A stretch of 63,308 bases of DNA, filler included, from Octopus bimaculoides (taxonomy: Eukaryota), in assembly GCF_001194135.2 (NCBI RefSeq). It is 3 parts of 3 records of this genome, joined end to end, with 100 filler letters (N's around TTAATTAATTAA, not from the genome) between each part and the next. Parts side by side here need not be neighbours in the genome. Positions count along the whole stretch, not along the records: positions 1 to 31,208 come from NC_068987.1; 2 more parts are not named here. One strand, given 5' to 3'. This document shows, one piece after another, positions 1-10,004 of this stretch (its first letter is position 1; each line of letters begins with the position of its first letter). The notes under the pieces were generated by a model. It did not search any database. It was not told the DNA's origin and worked only from the letters and a program-made list of their open reading frames with translations. The translations under genes were made by a program, and so were the position numbers.

Positions 1-2
1 AC

Positions 3-305
3 CTAGCTAAAACCAAAGTCCTCATAAGTAGGAAGGCAGACAAAACACAAACCCCTTCAGGTAGATGGCCCTGCTCGATCTGTAGAAAAGGAGTGGGAAG
101 TAACTCTATAAGATGCACCCAGTGCAAGCTATGGACACATAAGAGGTGCAGCAATATCAAAGGAAGGTTAACTAGGAAGTTAGTTTTTGTTTGCAGCAGA
201 TGTTCTGGAGCTATAAATACTGGGAAAGTGCAGAAAACAACTTCTGCCACATTCCAGGGAGAAAAACTAGAAGTGGTTGATAGCTTCCGCTATCTTGGTG
301 ATCAA
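3..305 (+). mobile_element. RTE-like LINE ORF2 fragment (post-RT region with a PHD-like C4HC3 insert), truncated at both ends
   Basis: The frame from position 3 is open: LAKTKVLISRKADK...WPCSICRKGVGSNSIRCTQCKLWTHKRCSNIKG...FVCSRC...LEVVDSFRYLGDQI. KTKV and EVVDSFRYLG are typical LINE post-RT motifs. Similarity ends at about 305. Confidence 0.85.
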
Positions 306-1369
306 ATTTTACAGCTGAAGATGAGATCCATTCTTTTAAGAAAATTAATAATCACCAACAGACCCACCGGCAACAGCAGATAATTCCAATGATTATTCTT
401 TGAAATAGTTTGATACTCCAGAATTGCAATTAACTTCAAGTGGAAAATTTTAAAATGCAAAGTTTGAAGACAACTTCTTGGAATCATGTATTTCTTTCTT
501 AGCAGTTTAGTTTAGGCTGATAAAAAGTAATACAAATCAGGACATTGTTTAACCCCTTACCCGGCAAAGATAAATTAACTTGTCTTCATCCAATTTGTCT
601 TTTTTCAGAGTGTGATGAGTAAACTCATTCAAAACATATGATTTCAAAAGTGGCCACAGATGAGTTTATGTGTCAATTCTTGGCATTTCTCAGTTTTTAT
701 CTGTTTTTTTTTTTTACAAATTACACCCTGATGTCAAGCTCAGAAGATGACAGTTAGTATGAACCTCCTATTAGAAGCTTGGATACATCAGATGAGAGTG
801 CAAAATAGTATCTTCAAAATAAAATTTCAAGTAAAATATTAGAAATAGATAAAAACAAAACTTATTTCCATAATCAGCATTAAAAATACTTAAAAAAAAA
901 GCAATAAAAAAATTTGTCTGAAAATTAAACTTTTTCTCCCAAAAATGTCACCAGGGAAGGGGTTAACTTTTCTATCTGTTTGATTATGACTGAAAGATTT
1001 ATACAAGTTATTTTTGTAATTTTGTTTCTTAGTTGTCTTTATTTCATCATTTAATGTCACTTTGGATTCGATCCATCATAAAATTCCATGGCATCCCTGA
1101 AAACAACAAAGTCAAAGGAACTTTTATGTGGTTGTTTGATTTGTTAGAAATAGCAACCAAATCCCCTTCAAATCATATCTGACTGTTTTAAAAAGAAATG
1201 GACACATGAGATAACAATATGGTCCTAGATGCACCTGGCTAAATAAAAAAAAAAAAGCGATGGGCACTACTGGTATGCTTTTGATTATTGGTTAATTGCA
1301 GAAGGATTTACCTGAAGTTAAACAATACCTGAATATCTCTTGAGAAAGAGTTTTATTGGTGTAGACAAG

Positions 1370-1680
1370 ACTGTGGTTAAGCTTGCTTTGCAAGCATGTA
1401 GCTTTGGGTTCAATTCTACTGTGTGCCACCTTGGGCAAGTATCTTCTCCTATGGCTTTGAGTTGATCAATACCTTGTGAGTGAATTTGGTAGTTGGAGAC
1501 TGTAGAAGCCCATTGTATATGCATGTTGGTGTCTCTTCCACCGTTTAGCAAACGGTATTAGTTTGTTTACCTCCCTGAAACTTAATGGTTTGCCAGAAAA
1601 GACCAGGGGTCAGTTTAATTAAACCTGTCAAAGCAGTGCCCCAACATGGCCCCAGTTCAATGAAAGGAACCAGTAAAAGA
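1370..1680 (+). mobile_element. Diverged SINE family A copy (tRNA-like head, CORE-like CACCTTGGGCAAGT)
   Basis: Contains ccaccttgggcaagtatcttctcctat...ccttgtgagtgaatttggtag and a 3' gtgccccaacatggc...aaccagtaaaaga, matching the better copy at 9541-9945. Confidence 0.6.
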
Positions 1681-1759
1681 CGTTCCACCATTCTTTAGTT
1701 TAATTCATATTTTCGTTTGCAATCTGATTGAATACTTTTTGCTTGAAAATATTTTATTT

Positions 1760-1982
1760 CCTTATTGCCCACAAGGGGCTAAACATAGGGGGGACAAACA
1801 AGGACAGACAAAGGGATTAAGTCGATTACATTGACCCCAGTACATAACTGGTACTTATTTAAACAACACTGAAAGGATGAAAGGAAAATTTGACTTTGGC
1901 GGAATTTGAACTCAGAACATAATGGCAGATGAAATACTGTTAAGCATTTCACCTGGCGTGCAAACGATTCCGCCAGGTCGTT
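1760..1982 (-). mobile_element. SINE family B copy
   Basis: Shares GGAATTTGAACTCAGAAC (reverse complement of a B-box-like GTTCTGAGTTCAAATTCC) and gaccccagt-n-aactggtactta with about 10 other copies in the window. Confidence 0.75.
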
Positions 1983-2100
1983 AAAACTTGATGTAAGATG
2001 TAACTTTAATTAGTTAAAAAGTAAAGCTTAGGTTTGCCGAAACATAGCAAACTTTTTCGTGTTGAATCTCTATTTTTTATGTATGTTCACTGTCTTACAC

Positions 2101-2120
2101 TGTTTCTTTCTTATTTCAGA
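2101..2120 (+). promoter_or_regulatory. Putative 3' splice acceptor opening the ZNF terminal exon (exon would start at 2120)
   Basis: tgtttctttcttatttcag|att is a pyrimidine tract plus CAG, 465 nt upstream of the ZNF ATG. No matching donor was identified. Confidence 0.5.
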
Positions 2121-2584
2121 TTATCAGATGGCATTGGCATAAATTTTCTTTGGATACATCAACAATATTTATCATCTTTTAAAGATACATCAACTCTGTT
2201 TATATGATTCTATGGATGAATTACTGTGAAATATTTCCCTGTCAACTGCAACTTAGGAGCACATTTCAGCATTCAGAATATGTACCAGATAGTTTGGTGT
2301 TCCAATTAAACATGAACAAATTTGGCATGAAGATATAACTAACTCTCTGCAAGAATTTCCATATGTGGATAAAGTTTTACTTGTTTCTTATTATTACAAG
2401 ACTGGGTTCATCTTGAAATAATTATTTCAGAAATCACTGTATCCCCAAAACTTACCTTCTAAGTGATTGTTTGCACCACCTTCAGATATTGAGGAAGATC
2501 TTGAAGAATTATTTATGAAACAAATATAAAAACTAACATGTTAAAAATTATCTATATTGTGGTGAAAGAAGAAAATTATAGAAA

Positions 2585-3685
2585 ATGAATTATGTGAGCA
2601 CCAAGCTAAATATAAAACAGTCTAAAAGGATTGATTTTCGTGATGAGATACTTAAAGAAATAGGAAAAACATCATATTACTGTGATATCTGTAAAAAGTC
2701 ATTCTCAAAGAAGAGTAACTTAACTAGACACAAACGTATTCATACAGGAGAGAAACCATATCACTGTGATATCTGTGATAAATCATTCTCTCAAAGTAAT
2801 GTCTTAAAAATTCACCAGCGTATTCATACAGGAGAAAGGCCATATCAGTGTGATATTTGTGGTAAATCATTCTCTAGAGATAGTAATTTAGCTACTCACA
2901 AGCGTATTCACACAGGAGAGAAATTGTATCACTGCGGAAAATCATTCCCTTTAACATATCCCTTCACTTTTCACAGACGCACTTATACAGGAGAGAAGCC
3001 ATATCTCTGTGATATTTGTGGTAAATCATTTTCTCAAAGTGGTGCTTTAACTGCTCACAAACATATCCACACAGGAGAGAGACCATATCAGTGTGATATC
3101 TGTGGTAAATCATTCTCCAGAGATAACCATTTAAATACTCACAAACGCGTTCATACAGGAGAGAAACCATTTCACTGTGAGATCTGTGGTAGATCATTCT
3201 CACAAGCAAACCACTTAACTACCCACATTCGTATTCATACAGGAGAAAAACCATATCAGTGTGATATCTGTGATAAATCATTCTCTGTTGCTTGTAGCTT
3301 AACTAAGCATAGGCGTATTCATACCGGTGAGAGGCCATATCAGTGTGATATCTGTGGTAAATCATTCTCTATAAATAGTCACTTAACCACTCACAAACGT
3401 ATTCATACAGGAGAGAAGCCATATCACTGTGATATTTGTGGTAAATCATTCTCTGGAAGTAGCATATCAACAGCTCATAAACACCTTCATACAGGAGAGA
3501 AGCCACATTGTTGTGATATCTGTGGTAAATCATTCTCTGTGACAAGTAATTTAACTAAACACAAACGTATTCATACAGGAGAGAAACCATTTCTCTGTGA
3601 TATCTGTGGTAAATCATTCTCTGAAAACGGTAGCTTAACTCGACATGAGCGCATCCATATAAGAGAGAAGCCTTATTTGTGGTAA
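2585..3685 (+). CDS. Tandem C2H2 (Kruppel-type) zinc-finger protein, 366 aa, with 11 C2H2 fingers plus one degenerate finger
   Basis: Uninterrupted ORF of repeated CxxC-x12-HxxxH units joined by TGEKP/TGERP linkers, with no KRAB, SCAN or BTB domain. This fits the expanded, largely single-exon octopus C2H2-ZNF family. Confidence 0.95.
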   Translation: MNYVSTKLNIKQSKRIDFRDEILKEIGKTSYYCDICKKSFSKKSNLTRHKRIHTGEKPYHCDICDKSFSQSNVLKIHQRIHTGERPYQCDICGKSFSRDSNLATHKRIHTGEKLYHCGKSFPLTYPFTFHRRTYTGEKPYLCDICGKSFSQSGALTAHKHIHTGERPYQCDICGKSFSRDNHLNTHKRVHTGEKPFHCEICGRSFSQANHLTTHIRIHTGEKPYQCDICDKSFSVACSLTKHRRIHTGERPYQCDICGKSFSINSHLTTHKRIHTGEKPYHCDICGKSFSGSSISTAHKHLHTGEKPHCCDICGKSFSVTSNLTKHKRIHTGEKPFLCDICGKSFSENGSLTRHERIHIREKPYLW

Positions 3686-3758
3686 ATCATTCTCTGAAAA
3701 TGTAACCAAATTAACACCAGCATAGCCAAACCAAACAGGAGAAAAGCCATATCACTAA
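3664..3758 (+). pseudogene. Frameshifted remnants of further zinc fingers just past the ZNF stop codon
   Basis: gagaagccttat-t-tgtggtaaatcattctct lacks about 11 nt (cactgtgatat) compared with the upstream fingers. The shifted frame reads [15 protein letters not shown], and a later acaggagaaaagccatatcactaa reads TGEKPYH*. Confidence 0.8.
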
Positions 3759-3829
3759 TTCCTGTGCTAAATTGTTCTCACAAAATATGGCTGTCATGTA
3801 AAAAAGACACTCTACCAGTTTGATGTACA

Positions 3830-4110
3830 TCCTGTACTAAATCCAGAAGACAATTCGATTGGCAAAGATTCAATTATGAACCAGCTTTAATCATGAGTTC
3901 TCAAATACTCTTCTGTCATTGCTATAATGCCCTCAACTCTTCCAAATTTACAAGCTCCATACACAAGTACACTTATTTCTCATCCTATTGCGTTGTTCAC
4001 TTGGATAAACACTAAACTCACTCCTTACTCTGCAGATTAGAATTCCCTATCCTGTAGAATGCCCTCTCTGCCCACGTTTATCCCTACAGAGGTCCTTGCT
4101 GATCATCAAC
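3830..4110 (+). mobile_element. Decayed CR1/L2-type LINE 3' ORF2 relic in the ZNF 3' region
   Basis: Broken frames give IQKTIRL (similar to IQKRAIRL) and L*NALSAHVYP (similar to LWNALPAHVFP). Confidence 0.55.
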
Positions 4111-4561
4111 CTAGGAGAACCTGCAATTATCATGGACCTCTCCTCCTCTTCCATTCTCTGACTGATAATAACATGAAGATAACTTATTGCAATATTTTTG
4201 ATAAAAGTGCTCTTTCAGATTTTATTAACACAATGGTGTTAATCAGAGCTGAAATAAATTTAAACATTACAATCCTCACTGGGTAAAATACATTTTTTCT
4301 GTGCTATAGATGTGCAGAAAAAGGAAGGAGGCAGTCTCCTGATGGACTGTTTCATGGTTTGTTGATTGCTCCTCTGAGAAGACATACTCAGCTTCTTTCC
4401 CCAATCAGTGTATTCTCATAAATATAATGTTAACATTATTGTACAGGTATTTTGTAAACGAATGAGTCTGTTTTCTTCACACTCTGAAAGCAAATGTCAT
4501 TGTTGATGATAATGAAAAATAAAACAACTAAAACATGATTGAAGAGAAATTTTTATCTGTT

Positions 4562-4912
4562 CATAGGTTCTCAAAGTGGGCGCTACCGGCCCCTGGTGGG
4601 CGTTGGTGTTTAAGGGGGTGGTGGTGGGGACGAGAGAGAAAAAAGAAGGCAATGGATTTATAATATTATAGTATTTATAATATGAATTTATAGTATTATA
4701 GTATGAATTTATAATATAGTATTATATACAAATTATATATCAAATGATTCATAGTATATATAAATTATTAAAATAGCAGACGTGCTAGCATGGAAAGCAG
4801 ACGTTAAAAGATGATGATGATGATTATTTATGCATAAAAATAGGGGTGGGAGTGCTGATGATATTATGTGGCCATGATGGGGGCGGTGGCCCAGAAAGTT
4901 TAAGAACATCTG
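4562..4912. mobile_element. Possible hAT/Charlie-like MITE containing a family D tail
   Basis: The left end cataggttctcaaagt and the right end aaagtttaagaacatctg resemble CAGTGGTTCTCAAAC-type TIRs. No 8-bp TSD is visible. Confidence 0.3.
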
Positions 4913-5899
4913 ATAAAAGTTAATGTCACTAGTGTTAAGCCATGATATTACTACTGCTAAAATTAGACGAAGTGCAGCAGTTGTATTTTGTATGTGTGTA
5001 TACACACATATACACATCTGAATTAAATGTGTGGATGATAAAAAAAAAGTTTAGCATTTTATTTTTTGTCACTTGATAGCTTTTGTCATTTTCATTATAT
5101 GTGCAGCATTCTAGCTAGTTCTAGAAGGAGGTACATACTGTCTTCATTACCATTTAATGTCTATTTTTCCATGCTGATATGGGTTGGATAGTTTGACAGG
5201 AGCTGGTGACCCAGGGGACTTTGCCAAGCTCTAAGGTTTGCTTTGGCATAGTTTCTATGACTGGATACCCTTCCGCATGCCAACCACCTTACAGAGTGTA
5301 CTGGGTGCTTTTTATGTGGCACCAGCACCAGAGAAGTGGAAATAGTAAGTCAATTAGACTTATATAACTAATAGACAAGGAAATATATTGACTGCCTTTA
5401 TGAAAGTCTGTTGCAATTTAAACTGAAAGGGTGAATGGCTGAGTGGATTAGAAGGTCTTAATATAATCCTTGACATTATACCATGCTTTCTATAATAATG
5501 TTCAGTTATACATCCATGGGTGTGTGGTTATGAAGTTTGCTTCCATACATAATTCCAGATTCAGTCCCTCTGTGTGGCACACACCTTTTACAATAGGCTT
5601 GAGCAAGTGTTTTCTACTGGAGTCCTGGGCCAACCGTAGCTTTGTGAGTGGATTTGGTAGAGAGAAACCGTAAGAAGCCTGATGTATATAATATGTCTGG
5701 CACATGCAAACATTGGAAAAATGGACATTAAAACAACGATGATGATGTAGACAAGTTATTCAAAGTTGTATTGCAAACATCCTTATTTAAATTTTGCAAT
5801 GTTATGGCAACACATTTTTGTTTTCAATATCTGAGTATGGATGGAATTCTTAACCAAAATTTAGGAAGTTCTGTAGTTAACTATACAAATATGGTTGAT

Positions 5900-6350
5900 A
5901 CACAATTTATTAAAATAACTTAGGTTCTTTCAATTATGGTGCTGCTATGGAGGTATCAAGGTTTATGGACCACCTTATACAGGTGGTCAAGTGAATTAAC
6001 TGAGTTGAAGTACAGTTTGATTTTGTGCCAGGATGGAAAACCAATGCTGTCTTATGTAATCATAAGAGAAGTTCTTAGCCATGACAAAGGCATTATTACA
6101 CAAAGCATTCATTAATCTGAAGATATTCTTTGACATGGTGCCTCATTGTATAGTCTGGTGGTCAGTTAGAAAACTAGGTATGAATGTCATTGTGAGAGCC
6201 ATATACAGGGATGATGCCGAGTTGGGTATGCTATGAAAATGGTATTATTTCTGAGTTGCTGGTGCAGAAAGAACAGCGGTGAAGTTGGGTTATGAGATAT
6301 TTTGGCACCATTTATTTGTCATTGTTGATTTGATGCTGACTTATTTGACA
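5900..6350 (+). mobile_element. Decayed RTE-like reverse transcriptase relic
   Basis: Across frameshifts it reads QFDFVPGWKT (similar to QFGFMPGRST), AFINLKIFFDMVPH (similar to AFVDLEKAFDRVP), VWWSVRKLG and VRAIYRD. Confidence 0.7.
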
Positions 6351-6624
6351 TGAGACTTTTTAATGTGTCTTTCTCTGTATCATCATCATCATTTAACGTC
6401 TGTTTTCCATGCTGGCATGGGTTAGATGGTTTGATGGGATGGTAAGGCCAGGGACCACCCCGGTTTCCATTGTTCTTGCATGGTTTCTACAACTAGATCT
6501 CCTTACTCCACAGAGTGTACTGGGTGCTTTTAACATAGCGATCAACCATGTTCTATTAATAAATTGTAAAGTCTCTCTCAATTTATCTGCATGTATATTT
6601 CTGCACAAGTGTAATTTTACCTTC

Positions 6625-6905
6625 AATTATGTGTGGGACGCAGTTGAGTGAAAGACCAACAAAACTCCTTATAAAACCAAAGATGAACTGAAGGCAAGGA
6701 TTATGGCAGCATTTACCAACTTAAACAAGGTGACTCCAAAGTCATCTTGAGGCCATGGTTGAAGCCAATGGTAATTTCATTGAATAAATTTACTCTTTAA
6801 TATTTCAAGATATATTTATGTAATTTTGGTAAATATATCTCTTAAAATATGATTTTAGAGTTATTTTCATTTTTGCGTAATTTAGACAATTTATTCACTG
6901 CACAG
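6625..6905 (+). mobile_element. Tc1/mariner (maT/DD37D-like) transposase C-terminal relic and 3' end
   Basis: NYVWDAVE*KTNKTPYKTKDELKARIMAAFTNLNK, then after a deletion QSHLEAMVEANGNFIE* (stop at 6785-6787). Confidence 0.7.
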
Positions 6906-7071
6906 TGTATATATATGTATACACACACACATTATGTATAAGAATATTATTCAGTGTGCTTTACCTTTTTATTTTTAAGACAGTATGGTTTGATTTGAGG
7001 GAGATTTGGTTACTAACGAGCAACCTACAGAAGCATGTTTCATTGTGCAGGAACTCGCAGTATATAGAAGA

Positions 7072-7415
7072 GATCATCATCATCGTTTAACGTCTGCTTT
7101 CCATGCTAGCATGGGTTGGACAGATGGCTACACCAGACTCCAATCTGATTTGGCAGAGTTTCTACAGCTGGATGCCCTTCCTAACGCCAACCACTCCGAG
7201 AGTGTAGTGGGTGCTTTTACGTGCCACCGGCACGAAGGCCAGTCAGGCGGTACTGGCAACGGCCACGCTCAAAATGGTGTATTTTACGTGACACCCGCAC
7301 AAGAGCCAGTCCAGGGGCACTGGCAACAATCTCGCTCAAAAGTCCTTACACATGCCACGGGCACAAGTGCCAGAAAGGCGACACTGGGCACAGGTGCCAT
7401 CACGATTTCGCTTTC
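7072..7415 (-). mobile_element. SINE-like family D element with an (ATG)n tail and internal repeats of about 60 bp
   Basis: Starts catcatcatcgtttaacgtctgctttccatgctagcatgggttggac and contains ggatgcccttcctaacgccaacc. Related copies lie near 4775, 5140, 6380, 8085, 8907, 11858 and 50385. Confidence 0.7.
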
Positions 7416-7570
7416 AAAATAGCTGTATTATTTATGGTGATTAATCAAATATCTCTAGATAAAAAAGCACAAACAATTAAAAGAAATAAAAATTATTTAA
7501 TGCTAAAATATAAAGGAGAATTCTCAGTCTATCAAAACACATCATCCAATAATACTAATCACATTAACGG

Positions 7571-8029
7571 TTAAGATTGGTAAAATTGTTCATATTCTGG
7601 ATCTGTAGTTTTATATATTACTTTCTCTTTTAGGTTAACAATCCAGCCGGGTTGTAAATTGAAGAAAACTTGACGAGGATCTTTGCTTTCTAACATTAAA
7701 TTTTTGGTGTCTTCGTCAACTTCTGGTATTGTGTAACCGTATTTCTGAGCAAGTTCTATGCGTGCTTCTTGTACAAGATCAGGATCAGCAAGATAGCCAC
7801 GGTTTTTTGGGTTGGTATAGTATTCCACGCAATCTTGTGTTGGTAAATGACATCGTGGAATGGGTTTCCCTGACTGGAAAAATTTCTTGATATCAGCCAA
7901 GGCTACCAGTGACATAGGATCATAATAACGAGTTGTAATTCTGCCACCATTTTTCTCAATTGCAGCGATAGTCAGCTCACTAGCCCACTGGACTTCTATG
8001 TTGATACAGCTCTTGAAGCTATCAGCTCC
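7571..8029 (-). CDS. MRPL15: Mitochondrial ribosomal protein L15 (uL15m), exon 4 (last)
   Basis: Acceptor ttcttatctcattggcag|GGA, phase 0. Reads GADSFKSCINIEVQWASELTIAAIEKNGG...KNRGYLADP...KDPRQVFFNLQPGWIVN...FYQS*, collinear with the human MRPL15 C-terminus. Confidence 0.96.
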   Translation of the reverse strand, partial: GADSFKSCINIEVQWASELTIAAIEKNGGRITTRYYDPMSLVALADIKKFFQSGKPIPRCHLPTQDCVEYYTNPKNRGYLADPDLVQEARIELAQKYGYTIPEVDEDTKNLMLESKDPRQVFFNLQPGWIVNLKEKVIYKTTDPEYEQFYQS

Positions 8030-8658
8030 CTGCCAATGAGATAAGAAAAGGCGGGGAAAATAAAGATATTTGCATATTCATCATCATAATTTTAATTTCC
8101 ACTTTTCCATGCTTGCATGGGTCAGAGGGAGTTTATTGAGGTAGGTTTCCTAAAGCCAGATGCCCTTCCTGTTACCAAGCAAGGTAACATTTCCCTGTGG
8201 CCAGACATGGTTTTACAGAATATTGGAATGATATCAATTTACATCAATCATCTGATGTCAAAACAAGAAGACAAACACACACAACAAGCTTCTTTCAGTT
8301 TCCTTTCTATCAAATCCACTCATAAGGCTTGAGGTTATAGTAGAAGACACCACCCATGGTGCTATGTAATGAGACTGAACCTGGAACCATGTGGTTGGGA
8401 AGCAAGCTTCTTACCACAAAACCACATCTTCATCTAATATTGTGAAAAATTTAAGCAATGAATGTAGATTAACATTGAGTTGGGAATGAGCTTAGCCTAA
8501 TCTCTGCAGGATGTGCAACGTTAATTACAAGAAATTTTAGAGTTGACAATGTTATGGCTTTTGAAATATTGACCTCTGTAAGCAGGTCTGAGCAATATGT
8601 GGTCTTGAGACTCATCAAGGAGGAGAGTAACTTCCAGAAGGACTTGGATTATGTCAGA

Positions 8659-8770
8659 CTGTCCAACCCATATCATAAACACACACACACACACACACAC
8701 ACACTGTCCAACCCATATCATAAACACACACACAGACTGTCCAACCCATATCATAAACACACAAACACAC
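8659..8770. repeat. Compound minisatellite: three copies of CTGTCCAACCCATATCATAAA, each followed by a variable (CA)n tract
   Basis: Directly visible triplication. The unit resembles the family D motif ctgtccaacccatg. Confidence 0.9.
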
Positions 8771-8863
8771 AAAATAAGCTTCTGCACATTTTCCTTCCAC
8801 CGGCACAAGTGCATTTTATGTGGCACCGGCACTTGTAAAGGACAAGCCTGTATGTATGGATGA

Positions 8864-9013
8864 CAGCGATTCTACTTAGCTTGGCATGTCTTCTCAAGTT
8901 CAGCAAATATCATCATCATCATCATCGTTTAACGTCCGCTTTCCATGCTAAACGATGATGATGATGATATTTGCTGAACTTGAGAAGACATGCCAAGCTA
9001 AGTAGAATCGCTG
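8864..9013. repeat. Near-perfect inverted repeat (arms 68 and 65 bp, 17-nt loop)
   Basis: 8864-8931 is the reverse complement of 8949-9013 apart from one extra CAT unit. Confidence 0.95.
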
Positions 9014-9066
9014 CAGCAAATATGTTAATACAATAACAACTAAAAGTTATAAATAAAAGTACTTAC

Positions 9067-9229
9067 ATCTTCTGTCAGCCAGATCCCATGGTCTTGCACC
9101 GGGTTTAAAGTGAAGAGCCTTGTATTTGTGACACTAACAATATCAATGGGTGAGTTTTTATCAATCCGACCAAGATCTATCATTCTTTGTAATGACAACA
9201 TGTTTAAAGGACTGTAGCTTTTACGCAAG
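9067..9229 (-). CDS. MRPL15: MRPL15 exon 3
   Basis: Acceptor tttttgtgcag|C (phase 2) and donor GAT|gtaagt. Reads LRKSYSPLNMLSLQRMIDLGRIDKNSPIDI...GIWLTED, similar to human [23 protein letters not shown]...GVQLVEE. Confidence 0.95.
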
Positions 9230-9540
9230 CTGCACAAAAAAGAAAAAAAGAAGCAAAAGTTCATTAATCAAAAGTAGTTACTAAAACAGCATCAAGACAA
9301 TGAGATTATGTTTAGTTAATTAATATAAAGGTGCATATGTGGCCACGAGGTTAAGAAGTTTGCTTGGTAACCTTGTGGTTGAGAGTTTGTTTCCATTGTG
9401 TAGTACTTGGGGTAGGTATCTTCTACGACTATAGCTAGGGTGACTCTAAAGGGAAGGTTTAAGCTAAAAGACACTTGCACACTGTGAAGCAAGTTTCTTA
9501 ACTACACTTCCAAGCATCTCCTCACAAAAGTACCTGACCT

Positions 9541-9945
9541 GGAGTGGCTGTGTGGTAAGTAGCTTGCTTACCAACCACATGGTTCCGGGTTCATTCCCAC
9601 TGCGTGGCACCTTGGGCAAGTGTCTTCTACTATAGCCTCGGGCTGACCAAAGCCATTTGAGTGGATTTGGTAGACGGAAACTGAAAGAAGCATGTCGTAT
9701 ATAAGTATATATTTATATATGTATGTGTGTGTATATGTTTGTGTGTCTGTGTCTGTCCCCCCGACATCGCTTGACAACCGATGGTGGAGTGTTTACGTCC
9801 ATGTCACTTAGCAGTTCGGCAAAGGAGACCGATAGAATAAGTACTAGGCTTACAAAGAATAAGTCCTGGGGTCGATTTGCTCGACTAAAGGTGGTGCTCC
9901 AGCATGGCCGCAGTCAAATGACTGAAACAAGTAAAAGAGTGAAGA
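9541..9945 (+). mobile_element. Near full-length SINE family A
   Basis: tRNA-like head ggagtggctgtgtggtaag...gggttcattcccac, CORE-like gcaccttgggcaagtgtcttct, an internal (TA)/(TG) microsatellite, and a 3' gtaaaagag tail. Confidence 0.85.
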
Positions 9946-10004
9946 GAGTACCCATGAAGCTTTTGAAAATATTCAACTCTTTAGCAGTCAAATATAATAA
10001 TTAT

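Noticed and set aside
7006-7574. ORFs 7006-7422 and 7221-7574 as genes
   Set aside because: They lie within the family D repeat and its GC-rich internal array, and show no protein-like features.
8659-8770. Repeat-spacer pattern resembling a CRISPR array
   Set aside because: The spacers are just (CA)n, there are only three units, the context is a eukaryotic intron, and there are no cas genes.
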